Below, one piece after another: positions 1-11,726 of a stretch of DNA of 33,253 nt. Each line of letters begins with the position of its first letter. The stretch's first letter is position 1. Source of the DNA: Callorhinchus milii (taxonomy: Eukaryota); contig NW_024705582.1 in NCBI RefSeq assembly GCF_018977255.1, positions 1-33,253 of the forward strand, written 5' to 3'. Below the pieces are notes generated by a model that saw nothing but the letters and a program-made list of their open reading frames with translations, ran no database searches and was not told the DNA's origin. Made by a program: the position numbers and the translations under genes.

Positions 1-7
1 TTCCTTC

Positions 8-67
8 TGAGGGTATCAAATTCAGCTCTCCTGGTCCGTAATGTGGAGTGTGAACCACTACACCACT
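8..67 (-). mobile_element. tRNA-derived SINE head fragment
   Basis: Minus strand reads AGTGGTGTAGTGGTT (A-box-like) ... GAATTTGATACC (degenerate B-box); no complete cloverleaf. Confidence 0.4.
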
Positions 68-207
68 CCACTACTACTTCAGATCCTCTACAAAATATGT
101 ATTAAACAATCTCAATTTCGGAGCTTTCGTGACTGCAGGAATTATTCTTTGGTTCTTTCGGTAAAGTCACGTATAAAGATAAAATAATAAATTAAATAAT
201 AGCATAC

Positions 208-248
208 TACGACGTTTCGATTGCAACACAAGCAATCTTCATCAGGTA
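208..248 (-). ncRNA. Minimal type-I hammerhead ribozyme motif (Penelope pLTR)
   Basis: Minus: tac CTGATGA a gattgc-ttgtgtt-gcaatc GAAAC GTC gta. Catalytic core intact, 6-bp stem II, stem I tac/gta, palindromic ACGT in place of stem III. Confidence 0.8.
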
Positions 249-378
249 TAAAAGAAATAGCAACACAAATCTAACCAGAAAACTATAGACAGACATACAA
301 GCAGACAGATATCACAAAGACACACAGAGAGAGGGAACACATGTGTCTTTCTCCTAATTTTCAAGCTTGCGTATCGTA

Positions 379-1320
379 CAGTCCCTCCAGAAAAACGCGA
401 TTATGCGATCGCAAGATTCCATGCAAAATCAGCCAAAGTCCGCATATTTATGCGGGGGGCGCGTTTTTTCAAATACGCCGCACTTTCGCCACATGAATTG
501 CAGATTTCCGCGCGCAAAATATGCGGGCTTGCATGATTTCATAATCCCGCATTTTCGTTGCAAAAGTCACATATATCTTAGCAGAAAGTTGAAAAATGTT
601 GCGTTTACTTCACACAAGCGCAGCCATTTCCCCTGTTGCCATGGAAACGTTATGAAGTGTTAGAGGCTACGTAGTTAGTTTTATTCAGGAGTTTATGCAA
701 CTTTACAGTTGTAAGATTGCACTTTTTTGTTAGTAGTATGTAAATTTACATTACTGTAAGACTGTACTGTTACTGTATTGCTTACGTTACTGTGCACTGA
801 AAACACTTATTTTAACAGAAGATGTCTGTTTTGTATAGCTACCTCTGTAAAACAGGAAGCACACATTTTATTTTTTTAATATTTTATTTATTCATTTTTA
901 CAGAAGTTGTAGCATATTCATTTTGTAAAGCTACAGAACTTGTTCGACTCAATGTTTTGTAAGTTTGAGCCATCTGTTTGTTAAGGTCTGAAATAAAACA
1001 AGATGAGAACTTAAATATTCCCAGCACTTTCTGTGATGTAGTATGCTTGCTTATCATAGGAAGTAATAAGAAATGACTCTTTACATTAAAGTAGTAGCCT
1101 AGTGAATAGGGTGTTGTGGGAATCACTTTTTTTTCTCTTTTCATCAAACCGCAGTTTTTGCAAGTTCCCGCAATTTTTGCAAGTTCCCGCAATTTAATCG
1201 CATAAAATTGCATAAATATCCCGCATATTCCATCGCATTTTTTAAGAAAACGTGCCGCATAATCAACGATTTTTGCCCGCAACAATCACCAAAAAACTCC
1301 GCGTTTTTCTGGAGGGACTG
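379..1320. mobile_element. Non-autonomous TIR DNA transposon (hAT-like termini, 6-bp TSD)
   Basis: Perfect 21-bp TIR cagtccctccagaaaaacgcg (379-399 / 1300-1320); TSD atcgta (373-378 / 1321-1326); subterminal repeats such as ttttgcaagttcccgcaa x2 near 1156-1195; no transposase ORF. Confidence 0.85.
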
Positions 1321-1564
1321 ATCGTACCACGTCGTCGTCTTGCTTACCGTACCACGTCGTCGTCCACTCATTGACATGATAATTTTTTCTCTGCCCCCTC
1401 CTCTCTCCGCCCCCGCCCCCTCTCTATATTGAAGGCCTCGTCACAGAAACGACCTCTCTCTTTGTGCTGATACGTGTTCTCTCTCTCTGTGTGTCTTTGT
1501 GATGTCTGTCTGCTTGTATGTCTGTCTATAGTTTTCTGGTTAGATTTTGTTGCTATTTCTTTTA

Positions 1565-1605
1565 TACCTGATGAAGATTGCTTGTGTTGCAATCGAAACG
1601 TCGTA
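1565..1605 (+). ncRNA. Minimal type-I hammerhead ribozyme motif (Penelope pLTR)
   Basis: tac CTGATGA a gattgc-ttgtgtt-gcaatc GAAAC GTC gta; inverted twin of 208-248. Confidence 0.8.
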
Positions 1606-2074
1606 GTATGCTATTATTTAATTTATTATTTTATCTTTATACGTGACTTTACCGAAAGAACCAAAGAATGTATAAAACACATTATTTCCAAGCATTTTGG
1701 AAATGCAGGTGCTCAAAAACAAAATACACCACTCTATTGTAAAACGACAATTTAACTCCTTAATTATCCAACTCCCTTTGGGAAGGCAGAGCTATCATTT
1801 TAATAAAGACACAACTAAATTAGGTATATTTATCCTTCAAGTTCCTTTCCCTTCATAGAGCACTATTGAATGTAAAGCATGAGCTGTACGTACAAATAAG
1901 ATTTGTCAAGTATGTGTGTGACATAAATTACAGTCAAACGTTATTTCCTGCTCAAATCAGCATCGAGGTGATGCTCATCTCATTTTCATCGTCCTGAGCC
2001 AAATGTGGAAATTCCACATTCCTACGGTGGGGGTGGGCCTCTCCATAGCACAACAGCTTTTGACTTCCCCACAA

Positions 2075-2165
2075 CTTGGTATCCATTTTTCTGACCCTGT
2101 AAGAATGATGGGTTGAGTCAACCACCAACCAGGATTTGAACTCGCAGGATTCTGATTGCGAGCCA
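2075..2165 (-). mobile_element. Degenerate tRNA-derived SINE fragment
   Basis: Reverse-complemented B-box (ggatttgaactc) next to ggtatccatttttctgaccctg...gggttgagtcaacc, which resembles conserved SINE central domains. Confidence 0.4.
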
Positions 2166-3157
2166 CTTGTGTGTTTGCAAAAGTTAAAACCTCTACAACG
2201 TCCAGCAAATTGCCTACATCTATTGAATGGAGAATCACGTAAGTACCCATACGCTCGGTCCGATCTGGACACAGCGGCGATTTCAAATGGGATGCTTTAT
2301 TCCTCGCACCAGGTGCAGCCCAGGTAATTAATGTGAATGTGCGTCTCTACAGCCACTCCTCAATTACTGCTTTTGGCCACACCTGGTTTGGATAAATTAG
2401 CACAATTTTTATAGTTAAAAAACAAACCCATTTCAGATATCTCTACTGAGTGTAAATTAACCCAATTACTGTTCTCATTACGGGCTTTTATAAATAAATG
2501 TACTGTTCATTGCACTTCACATCGACTTACATATAAAACCATGCCGCCTTCTTCAATTTCCCTTACCAACCTTCTTTAGAGCAGATTTACCCTCATCCTC
2601 GATTGTTGCTAAGGCTGTAAAATGGAAACTGTGCATGGTATTTACCAAGAAATGTTGTTATAACTTCCCCCCGCAGGGTAAAAACCTTCACCATTGTCTC
2701 CAATGTATTATGTTCCCCAGCTGCTCCTGTCCAGTAGTGGCCTCAACACTGCTTTGTCTCACTGCCATCTGTCCCGTTGTCTCTCTCTGTTTATTTTGTC
2801 TTCTCTTGGCGTACAAACTAGTCAATTATGTTAATCTTGGGAGAGAAAAATAATACACACAGAATTACAACTAACCTCACAAACACACGCAATGTTTTAA
2901 ACGACGTCCCCAAAACATGCCACGTGTTGCCATTTTATGATGAACAGTATATCCATTATTCAAGGTTAAAATATCAGCATGGTCAATGCTACTGATGCAT
3001 CCTGACCTTGCCAACCTCCTGTTACATCCTACACATGTTTGAAAGTCGAAACCTCGCCTCTAAAGTACGCTTTTGCACTATGCACATTTCTAAATGTATT
3101 AAATATATTATATAATTCATATTGTCTGCACCAGGTAAGAAGCAAATAAGACCTTGT

Positions 3158-3336
3158 GAGGTGCTGTAGTTTGGGTTCGTTATAGTTCGTCACTCACAAT
3201 TGGAAAGTCGCAAGTTCAAATTCTGGTCAGAAGTTTACTGAGAGGCCAGCCTTCATGGGGACAATGTAAAGCCAGTTACTGGCCTATACAGCAATGATTT
3301 AAGCCTGTAAATGTTGTGCACCGATCAGTAACCCTG
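3158..3336 (+). mobile_element. Degenerate tRNA-derived SINE
   Basis: A-box-like tgtagtttggg and B-box-like gttcaaattc at tRNA-like spacing, followed by a non-tRNA body. Confidence 0.35.
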
Positions 3337-3835
3337 TCACATAAAAGGAAAGCTGTACAGATCCACAACACTAACATACCAAAGCTCCAAAGATAATGGC
3401 AACACATTGAGTAGCGATACCACTGAACTGTTATCAGAGTGTAATTGGTTTATGGAGGCAATGTTAAAATGAGGTCCATAAATACAGCAGTGGCTATAAC
3501 AGCCGAAATGTTCGATTGTTATTGCCACAAAACGGATCCATTGTAACATTGAGCATTTCTCTGCAGTATTTTGCTTTGATAATCTTTTTAGTACAGAATG
3601 TGCAATATATAATGAAGCCAAGGCGTCTCCCTGCCCAAATGAGCAACCAGGCAGCAATTATATTCACTGGTTTCCCGAAACTGGTGGTGGAAATTCCACA
3701 TTCTTATTTTATATTTTATATAGCTTTACATATATAGCAATTTTATACAGATTTATATATATATATCAAAAACTCTGTTATCTGGTCTTCATGGGGAATG
3801 GAGGGTGCCGGTTAATCAAATATGCTGGTTATCTG

Positions 3836-4327
3836 TGTAGGGGCGTAAATGGGCTGTGGGGTGTCCTGGGATCCCCCGGGACCCCGCCCCTCGGTTGGGA
3901 GTTGGATAAAAGGCGGACCTCTCTACAGTCTGGAGACCAGTTGAAGACATAAGCCGAAGACCAGCTAGATAGGACCCACTGTCCTTATCAGGGCCGGGAC
4001 TCTGTGCGGCTCAGCGGTGAGACCCTGGGAAGCCCTGGCCCGACGTCCTTGTGTTGTAAGGGCCGGGTCCAGTGGGTCAGTGGTCGGAACTCGCACCCTG
4101 GCTAGGGCGAGTTAGAATAGCCTCCCCCTAGGCACCCAAAGCCGGAGGACCCTGAGAATAGTCCTGTGTTAGGGCACGTTAGCCCGGAGACAGTACCTCC
4201 CCAGATAGTGGTGTAGGAGGACCGTAACCCTGAGTGTTCTGGGACTGTACTGCCAAGCGAGGTGTTTTAATAAATAGTGTTGCCTCCAAGAACCGTCTCT
4301 GACGTCTCCTGAATCCACAACACTACA
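3836..4327 (+). mobile_element. Solo LTR (Gypsy-type)
   Basis: 492-bp GC-rich island with TGTAG...CTACA termini, TATA-like gataaaa (~3906) and AATAAA (~4269); flanks tctg/tatg (3/4 match TSD); no adjacent PBS or PPT. Confidence 0.7.
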
Positions 4328-6372
4328 TATGTATGGTTCACGAAATTTCCAAGCACATACAACTTTTCAAGAAAGAAACAGCCTACATTTTAATTACGAC
4401 ATAAGAAGTAATATACCAGTCAGTTGTAGAGGTAGAGCATTCTAAGTTGATTATAAAGAAGCAGTGAGGCCGTTTAGAGTACGGTATACGGTAGTACTGT
4501 ATGTACAGGCTTCCGCTAGTAGGACCACTCGGCAGCGTCCTGAAGCTCCCATAAACAACAGGTCTATGGGAAGCGCGCAGCAATATGCCGAATGGATGTC
4601 ACAATTTTTCAGTATATACGTGAAGGAAAGTTTGTTTTGTCATCTATGACAAATGCCAGTTATAAAAGCATTACAGATGGTACCTTGGAAGATACCACCT
4701 TCTTGCTGTAGAGCCTTATTCCATAGCGCATGGTGACAGTGAGTAGAACAGCTGGGAGAGGTTAAGGTAAGGGATTTGGGTCGGACTGGTTATAGCTGGG
4801 GGCGGAAGATGGGTGGGAGCCCCTCTTCCAATAATACTTCTGCTGCCGACCTCCCACAATATAGAACTAATTTAGCAACCCAATACAAATTTAATGTTGA
4901 ACAGTCCCCGATCTGGATTTGAAAGAGCGTTAATGATACTGTACTGTCAAAGGAAGAGAGCCCCTTTATAGCCTAAATATGGTGTTGGGACAAGTGATGT
5001 TAACGTGAGAAAGTTGTGTGGCCAGAAACACACGTGCTCGCACATTGCCCGAACCATTACACTACCAGTCCCCACACTTACAAATATTTTCTCACTCACT
5101 CACAAACACACCATTTATGTACAGACATAAACCCACAGTCCACACACACACACGACAATTTTCAAGTGAACTAAACATTAAATACCCTGTGACATCAATC
5201 ACAGTATAATACTGTACTTTAAATATGTTGGTGTACTCTTATATTGCCAATAACCAAATCCCATCCAGGTTTAGTCAAACGAGTAACAACTACATTGTGG
5301 AAAGTCAACATTGGTTTTCCCATGACTGGATCCTGTAAAAAGGTATGTGCGATTTCACCAGTTTCACATCTGGAAACATAGATAAGGGACACCGAATGCT
5401 ATCTTGAGCATGATACACACTCCACTTATTCTGTGAGGAGGATTTTATGTGATCCACTGAATTTCAGAGATTTAAGAAGTGCCAGGAAATCCTAATTGGC
5501 GTGATGAATGCATCGCGGTATATTCATTTTGAAATTAATGGTCAAACCTGTTGTAGGGATTTTACAATTCCCATAACAAATCCATCTATTACACTAATTA
5601 CAAAGTCATTCTGAACACCATACTTACACCACATGTGGTTCAAGTTTGAACATGCCGTAACATAGGGGCAGAACAGAATATTCAAATATTATAACTTCGT
5701 ATCGCTCCAGTACAGATTCTCATCTGATTGACATTATATGTCAATATGTGCCTCTTCTTTAATGTATGGTATAGACAAAAGTTACTGCTGCAACTACTGA
5801 TAATTATGTGGTGGATTATAATCCACCAAATCCCAATCCACCAAACCGTGCCAACCCCTATCCCATTGCAATCCACCAACCCTACCTTGAAAGCACACAC
5901 AGAACACCAGGTGACCATTTAATTCCGAGTTGCTCTAGGTGAGGCTCAGAACAGGCATCAAATATTATTTTTCTCCATGGCCGATAATGAAACGTAAGTC
6001 ACCAGGTTCATTAAGTGCGATGCATTAACCTGTTATGATTATTAATACGAAGATATCAGACCAGACCCAAGAACGAGTTTTGAAGTGTTTATATACATTG
6101 CATAGCATTTCATTGTGTACGTGGTTATTTATTAATAATGAATGTAATTACGTGTATGAATAAATAATACCATGTTAAGACTTGAAACCATTATTAAGCA
6201 TTGTAGTGGTTTCACAATGGTAATGTACTGACATACATTATAAAGTACCTTTATGTTGACGAAATGAGACAAGACATGAAAGTATGTCGGACATGTTTAT
6301 TCTGCTCACAGTGATCTGTGTTCATTTGTATGATTAATGAGTCAAAACGTACTGCTTTAGTATGTTTGCTCT

Positions 6373-6985
6373 TCTTCTTGTTTCTTTCGGTAAAGTCACG
6401 TAGAAGGGAAATAATAAAATAATAAAAATAAAACATAATAAAATAATTCTCACGACGTTTCGGCCACAACGCAAGCAGCCGTCCTCAGGTGAAGACCAGG
6501 TCTGTCGGGGAGACAGCGTCTGAATGAAACACCACCACGCGTGGAGCGTATATTTAAGCTGGGTTGGAAGGGGGGAAGGGCGCCTTGACAAAAGAATTTG
6601 CATATCAAGAGAATTTAGCATATTTATGGGAAATGCAGGTATGTGATTAGTACTACTTGTGAAATGCGTAGGAGGTGGGCGGGGGGTTTCAAAGTCATAT
6701 TATGCCCATGCATTATGCAGGATTAGCAGCATCAAAGGGAGGGGATAGGGGTAGTATTAATAAAGGGAAGGAATGTAATAGTATGTAGCTGCAGTAACTA
6801 AACAACCACGTAAAAAACTAAAGTATAAACTACATAGTATCATCAGTATACTAAATATACTCTCCAATAAGCTGATCTACTAACAGTAAGTAATACATTA
6901 CAATTCTATTTCGCAAAAAATATAATATGCTTCCAGCTAAACTTTTATCCTTACATTACAGTCACGAAAGTTTTAAATCGAGAAA
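6373..6985. mobile_element. Penelope pLTR cassette (family A, variant 2) with inverted tail
   Basis: Minus-strand pLTR from ~6375 plus a plus-strand tail cagtcacgaaagttttaaatcgaga (~6959-6983); perfect 12-bp TSD tatgtttgctct (6361-6372 / 6986-6997). Confidence 0.75.
6449..6493 (-). ncRNA. Minimal type-I hammerhead ribozyme motif
   Basis: Minus: ttcac CTGAGGA c ggctgc-ttgcgtt-gtggcc GAAAC GTC gtgag. Stems I and II differ in sequence from 208-248 but still pair. Confidence 0.8.
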
Positions 6986-8299
6986 TATGTTTGCTCTATC
7001 ATGATGCATGATATTGGTCGCGAAAGCCTACGTGTTAAACTTAATATTTTTAATTCAAATTGCTAGCCGATGGATACATGAATAGTTAATGGTAAATAGT
7101 TTATCTAATTCGCTAGAGCAGTCATGATTGTTAGGTATCGTGACAAGGGTTAATATGTCACATGCGTTAATACTGTTAACGTGAATAAATTTGTGTATCG
7201 TGACATGATATAATAGGAAATAAGATACTGTTAATAAGAATATACATTCATATTTTGGCAGGAAGAATTAACGTTGATGTTAACTCTGGCTGTCGGGGGC
7301 GCTGGTACTGAGCAATCAGTACCAAGTTGAGAGCCGTGAAGGACTAAAGCACGCTTCTGCATCACGTGGACTAAGAAACCTAGCGGGACACTTGTTGTGT
7401 ACAGGGTTCGAGTTGGAGTTTCAGAATTAAGTGGAACCTATTTGCAAGAAGTCTCCACGTCCATACCGATTCCACACAAAAACACTGCATGAATTTAAAA
7501 TGTAAAATTTTTTGTGTCAAAATAGTTATTATTCCACCAAAAACAAAGAGACCAAATAGTGACATCGATGTACTCTGTGTGTCTCCATAGTTACGCACTT
7601 GAATTACACTGCGCGCCAAATGCCCCGTAGTCAACACGCTGGTGTCACGTTGAAGGCCAAATTGCTCATGCTTAGCTCCACTGGTTGGTAATAATACCCC
7701 CGCCTTCTTCTGTATAGAACTCAGCAGACAGTACAATGCCGGCCACATGAAACATATCGGACACAGCAAGCGGTTCACTTTTCCAATGCCAGTCCTGGTG
7801 TCTAAATAGTAATTCGAGCGTTTAAGGGACAGATGAGAGACTCCACATGAGCACTGCTAATCATGCATCACCCAGGGCGCTGTTGCAAATCAACACAATT
7901 ATCACTGCTTTATTTCTCAATTAATGGTCATTTTATTGCACGTGGCCATCAATTTATTAAATTCCCTCTGTGATAAATGACAGAAATGAGAGCATCATGT
8001 ATTGCCATATTCTGTTTTATAGAAAATAGCGACAAAATAACATAACCATGATTAGTAAGTGTTAGATGCATATGGTTTTCGATTGATTATGTTTAACACG
8101 TAGGCTTTCGCGACCAATATCATCCATAATAGATGTTTTTGGGTTAGATCGCGTAAATATATAAATGTGTCGTTAAAACCCGCCACCACCCGACACAGCC
8201 AACTAGTAAGGGTTGTCACGTAAACAGAACGTGCCAATTCGTCACTAGTACAGCACACCGGTGTGTTGGAGAGCCAAGCCACAACATTTACAACTGAGT

Positions 8300-8338
8300 A
8301 CGACGTTTCGCCAGTAATTACAACTAGCTTCATCAGGC
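8300..8338 (-). ncRNA. Minimal type-I hammerhead ribozyme motif (family B pLTR)
   Basis: Minus: gc CTGATGA a gctagt-tgtaatt-actggc GAAAC GTC gt. Unrelated stem II sequence, same core; stem I weak. Confidence 0.75.
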
Positions 8339-8579
8339 GACAGCCAGATTTGTGGAGAAGTCTTACTGTTTCGTTCCTTATATAGAGGCGTAGATGTGTT
8401 GACACCTTCTGCGCTCTTGCACAATGTGGGGGGGGGGATTACTGAGGCAATGTACATTATGCATGTGCATTATGCGAGCCCTTTGAACTTGTCCTTCCTG
8501 TCTATTGTGTTATTAAAATAGCCCTACCAACGGTAATCCCTATTGAAGTACGCTGCCCTTTGTAGGCATGCATTTAAAT

Positions 8580-10437
8580 AATGTATTATTTGATGATTCG
8601 CTTCAACGCAGCACTAAGACGGTAGCTATCTGAACGGTTAAAGTTATTTTGATTTCTTTCAATTTCGATAGATTATTTAATTAGTCTTGGCCAGTAGTAG
8701 CTAGTTTTGCACAAACTTCAACATTATCAAAATCAATTGAGTGTCCTTGTTGGCACGCGTGTTCTGCTACTGCTGACAGTTGCATTTGGGAGAATTTAAT
8801 ATTTCTCTGATGTTCTTTTTGTCTCGTGCTGATCATTCGTCCTGTTTGCCCAACATAACATTTACCACACGTGCAGTTAATCCTGTACACACCTTCTGTT
8901 GATAGCTTCGGTAATACATCTTTTGTACCAGATATTAAATTCTGTATTTTATGTACCGTGCCAAATCTGACTCGGATGTTTTGTTTTTCCAAACATCTGG
9001 CTAGTTTATCAGTTACTCCCGCAATGTACGGTATTTTGATCGTTTTAATTACTTGGGCAGTTTCAATGCTCTTGTTATTTGATTTGGTTTTGGTATTCAA
9101 TGCCCTGTTGATTTGTGCATCATTGTAACCGTTCATTTGCAGCGCTTCTTTAACATGTTGAATTTCACTTCTCAGACTGTCACCATCTGACACTTTCTTA
9201 GCTCGATGAATGAGCGTCTTGATAAGAGCAGATTTCTGTGTGGGGTGATGGTGTGACTCTGCATTCAGATAGGCGTCAGTATGCGTTTTTTTTCGGTAAA
9301 CACTGTGTTATTTTACCATTTCTACCCCGTCCGAGCAGAATATCCAGAAATGGTAGAGTTCTGTCAGCTTCCACTTCCATGGTGAACTGGATGGATGGGT
9401 TTTGCGAGTTGAGATGATTTAGAAATGCGTTCAGTGTATCTTTGCCGTGTGGCCAGACCACCAATGTGTCATCCACATATCTAAACCAAGCAGATGGTTT
9501 TAGTGTGCTTGAAGCTATTGCTTTTGTTTCAAAATCTTCCATGTACAAATTCGCTATCACAGGAGACAAAGGAGAGCCCATTGCTGCTCCTTCCTTTTGT
9601 TTATAGAAGTCACCTTGCCACAAGAAGGAGGTGTTCTTTAGACAGTGTTCAGCTAGTCTTGGGATATCTTTGGCTAAACCTTTTTCGTTACCAGAGTGTC
9701 GAGTAATTTAATTGACTCGTTGATGGAACCCTCGTGAACACATCAAAACTTACGAGATTATCATTAGGATTAAGCTTAATATTTTAATTATATTTATGAG
9801 ATGTTCAGAGTTTTTGATGAACGAAGAGGTCCTACCGATGTAGGGCTGTATTTGTTTCGTTACGTATTGTGCTAATTTGTACATGGCAGAGCCTATTGTA
9901 CTAACTATGGGTCTTAATGGGACATCAGGTTTGTGAATTTTTGGTAGCCCATAAAGTCTTGGTGGTTTTGATGCCCTTGGTTTGATCAGGTATTGCTCTT
10001 CCTTGGGAATTGATGACTTGGCAATCATTGCTGTTGTTTTAAGTTCCAAGGTGCTGGTTGGGTCTCGTTTAATTTAAGGTAGGTACCTTCATCGAGTAAA
10101 TCTTTGATTTTATTATCATAGTCCTCACGGGGCATCACAACAGTTGATCGGCCCTTATCAGCAGCAAGAATTTGGATATCTTTATTTGCTCTCAATTCTC
10201 TTAAGGCTTTTGCTTCACTGAAGTTAATATTTGTTTTTGGCACTTTGCTGTTCTCAATAATTTGGCAACCTCGTGCCTAGTCATCTCAGCTTGATTATGA
10301 GGGAGATGTCTAACTGCTGATTCCACTTCAGCAATGATCTCATCGACAGGGATTGTACGTGGGGCAACAGCAAAGTTAAGACCTTTAGACAGGACTGAAA
10401 CCATATCGCTGGATAATTCAACATTAGTCATGTTCAA
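8580..10437 (-). pseudogene. Penelope-like reverse transcriptase + GIY-YIG endonuclease, frameshifted
   Basis: ORF pieces: VLSKGLNFAVAP; ADKGRSTVVM; PRLYGLPKIHKPDVPLRPIVS; GAAMGSPLSPVIANLYME...WFRYVDDT...LPFLD (RT); GVYRINCTCGKCYVGQTGR...EH...SAVAEH (GIY-YIG). Confidence 0.92.
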
Positions 10438-11726
10438 TCTTGATTTGAAGTTTTCATGACTGCAGGAATCCATACTCTTTGCTTCTTTCGGAAAGTCACG
10501 TAAGTATAAAAAATAAATTACGACGTTTCAATCGCAACACAAGCAATCGTCATCAGGTAGACAGATAAAGCTGTAGAACTGCTGAACAAGAAAGGGCTGT
10601 TGCAACAAGAGGCTATATATAGGGTTGAGAGGGTGTCACCCAAGGGTAAGTAGGCGGGGTCATAGATGCGCCAAAGGAGGATTGGCATGCTAATGCAAAC
10701 GAATAAAATGGGAAATGAGCCCCGTAGTCGCACACCAGCACCGTCGCCGCACGCACGTACAGCAGCTGCGTTAATGGGAGAGACATACAGTCTATTGAAC
10801 AGCGAGAGCTACCGTTACATGAAGGCAAAAGGGGGCAGCAGTGGCTATGTTAGTGAAGATAGCATGTCTGTGTCAGAGGACTGGTTATAGCGCGTGGGCA
10901 ACACAAGCTGCAGCGTTGGCTACTGCACAGTGAGAGGCCAGCGTATCAACGCCAGAGAACCAACGTAACGGTGGCCGTGCCAGTGAGAATTCAGAGTCGA
11001 AAATAACTGCTAAACAACGGCAGGAAGGATGGAAACATCACTAGCAAGTTATGATTTACCTGGTTAATAACATCCTTCCAATGATTGCTCAGTTTGTACC
11101 CATCTTCTCGGTTGAAATTGTGTCCGTGTTTATATATCTGGATGGCTTCACGGACAAATCTTTGATGGGAGCCCGAAGGTTTGCAGAGTACCTTGGTCTC
11201 TGAAAAAACAATATCGTGTGAACCGACGTGTTAAAACAGTGATCAGCCACGGCAGAGGTATTGGTTCTGCCGTGTTTCAAATCTGCCTTGTGTTCGCGAA
11301 CACGGTCCGAGACATGTCGTTTCGTTTCCCCGATGTAACTACTACCGCAGATACAACTTAGTCTGTAGACACCAGGGTATTGCATGTCAGGAATCACATT
11401 CTTCACAGATGGGATCAAATCACGGATTTTTTGTACTGTGTTGAATCGAACTTGGATCTTGTGTTTGTTCAAGATTTTGGAAATATTTTTGGTAACACCT
11501 GTGATGTATGCCAAAGTGATGGTTTTGATTGGGTCCTCAGATGGCTCTCTCCCCATGGTATGGGATACAGCTTTGCGGATTGTGCGGTTTGAATATCCAT
11601 TCATCTTGAGGGCTTGGAGTACATGCTCCAGCTCACTGGCTAGGTGTTGCTGGTCGGAGATGCAACGTGCCCAATGGTGTAGTGTTTTGATGAGGGAGTT
11701 CTTCTGGCTGGATGGTGGTGGGAATT
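10438..11726 (-). mobile_element. Penelope-like retroelement, family A, 5'-truncated (thumb + GIY-YIG + 3' pLTR)
   Basis: ORF 11089-11799 contains SQKNSLIKTL...MNGYS...GVYRLSCICGSSYIGETKR...EH...SAVADH, followed by the family-A pLTR. This links the dispersed cassettes to a coding element. Confidence 0.9.
10519..10559 (-). ncRNA. Minimal type-I hammerhead ribozyme motif
   Basis: Minus: tac CTGATGA c gattgc-ttgtgtt-gcgatt GAAAC GTC gta; stem II maintained with G-U pairs. Confidence 0.75.

Larger units (their letters stand above)
109..1667. mobile_element. Penelope-like inverted pseudo-LTR cassette (family A), interrupted by a DNA transposon
   Basis: About 195-bp near-identical inverted arms (~144-340 and ~1474-1669). 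The left arm carries the extra ~35-nt tail. Flanked by imperfect TSD atgtattaaaca (97-108) / atgtataaaaca (1668-1679). Same repeat as the 3' end of the GIY-YIG element at 10438-11726. Confidence 0.8.
8080..10437 (-). mobile_element. Penelope-like retroelement, family B (Penelope/Poseidon-type), 5'-truncated, with 3' pLTR
   Basis: Frameshifted RT-GIY-YIG ORF followed by a 3' pLTR containing a hammerhead (8300-8338) and a tail ATGGATGATATTGGTCGCGAAAGCCTACG. Confidence 0.9.

Noticed and set aside
367..1285. ORFs inside the TIR element as a transposase
   Set aside because: No DDE, BED-finger or hAT dimerisation motifs; AT-rich and short.
2535..2800. Possible pogo/Tigger transposase remnant
   Set aside because: Only a vague resemblance; no continuous frame or TIR pair found.
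7591..7683. Possible plus-strand 93-nt exon (ccatAG...GTtggt) of a nested gene
   Set aside because: The peptide is not recognisable, the donor is weak, and no partner exons could be supported.
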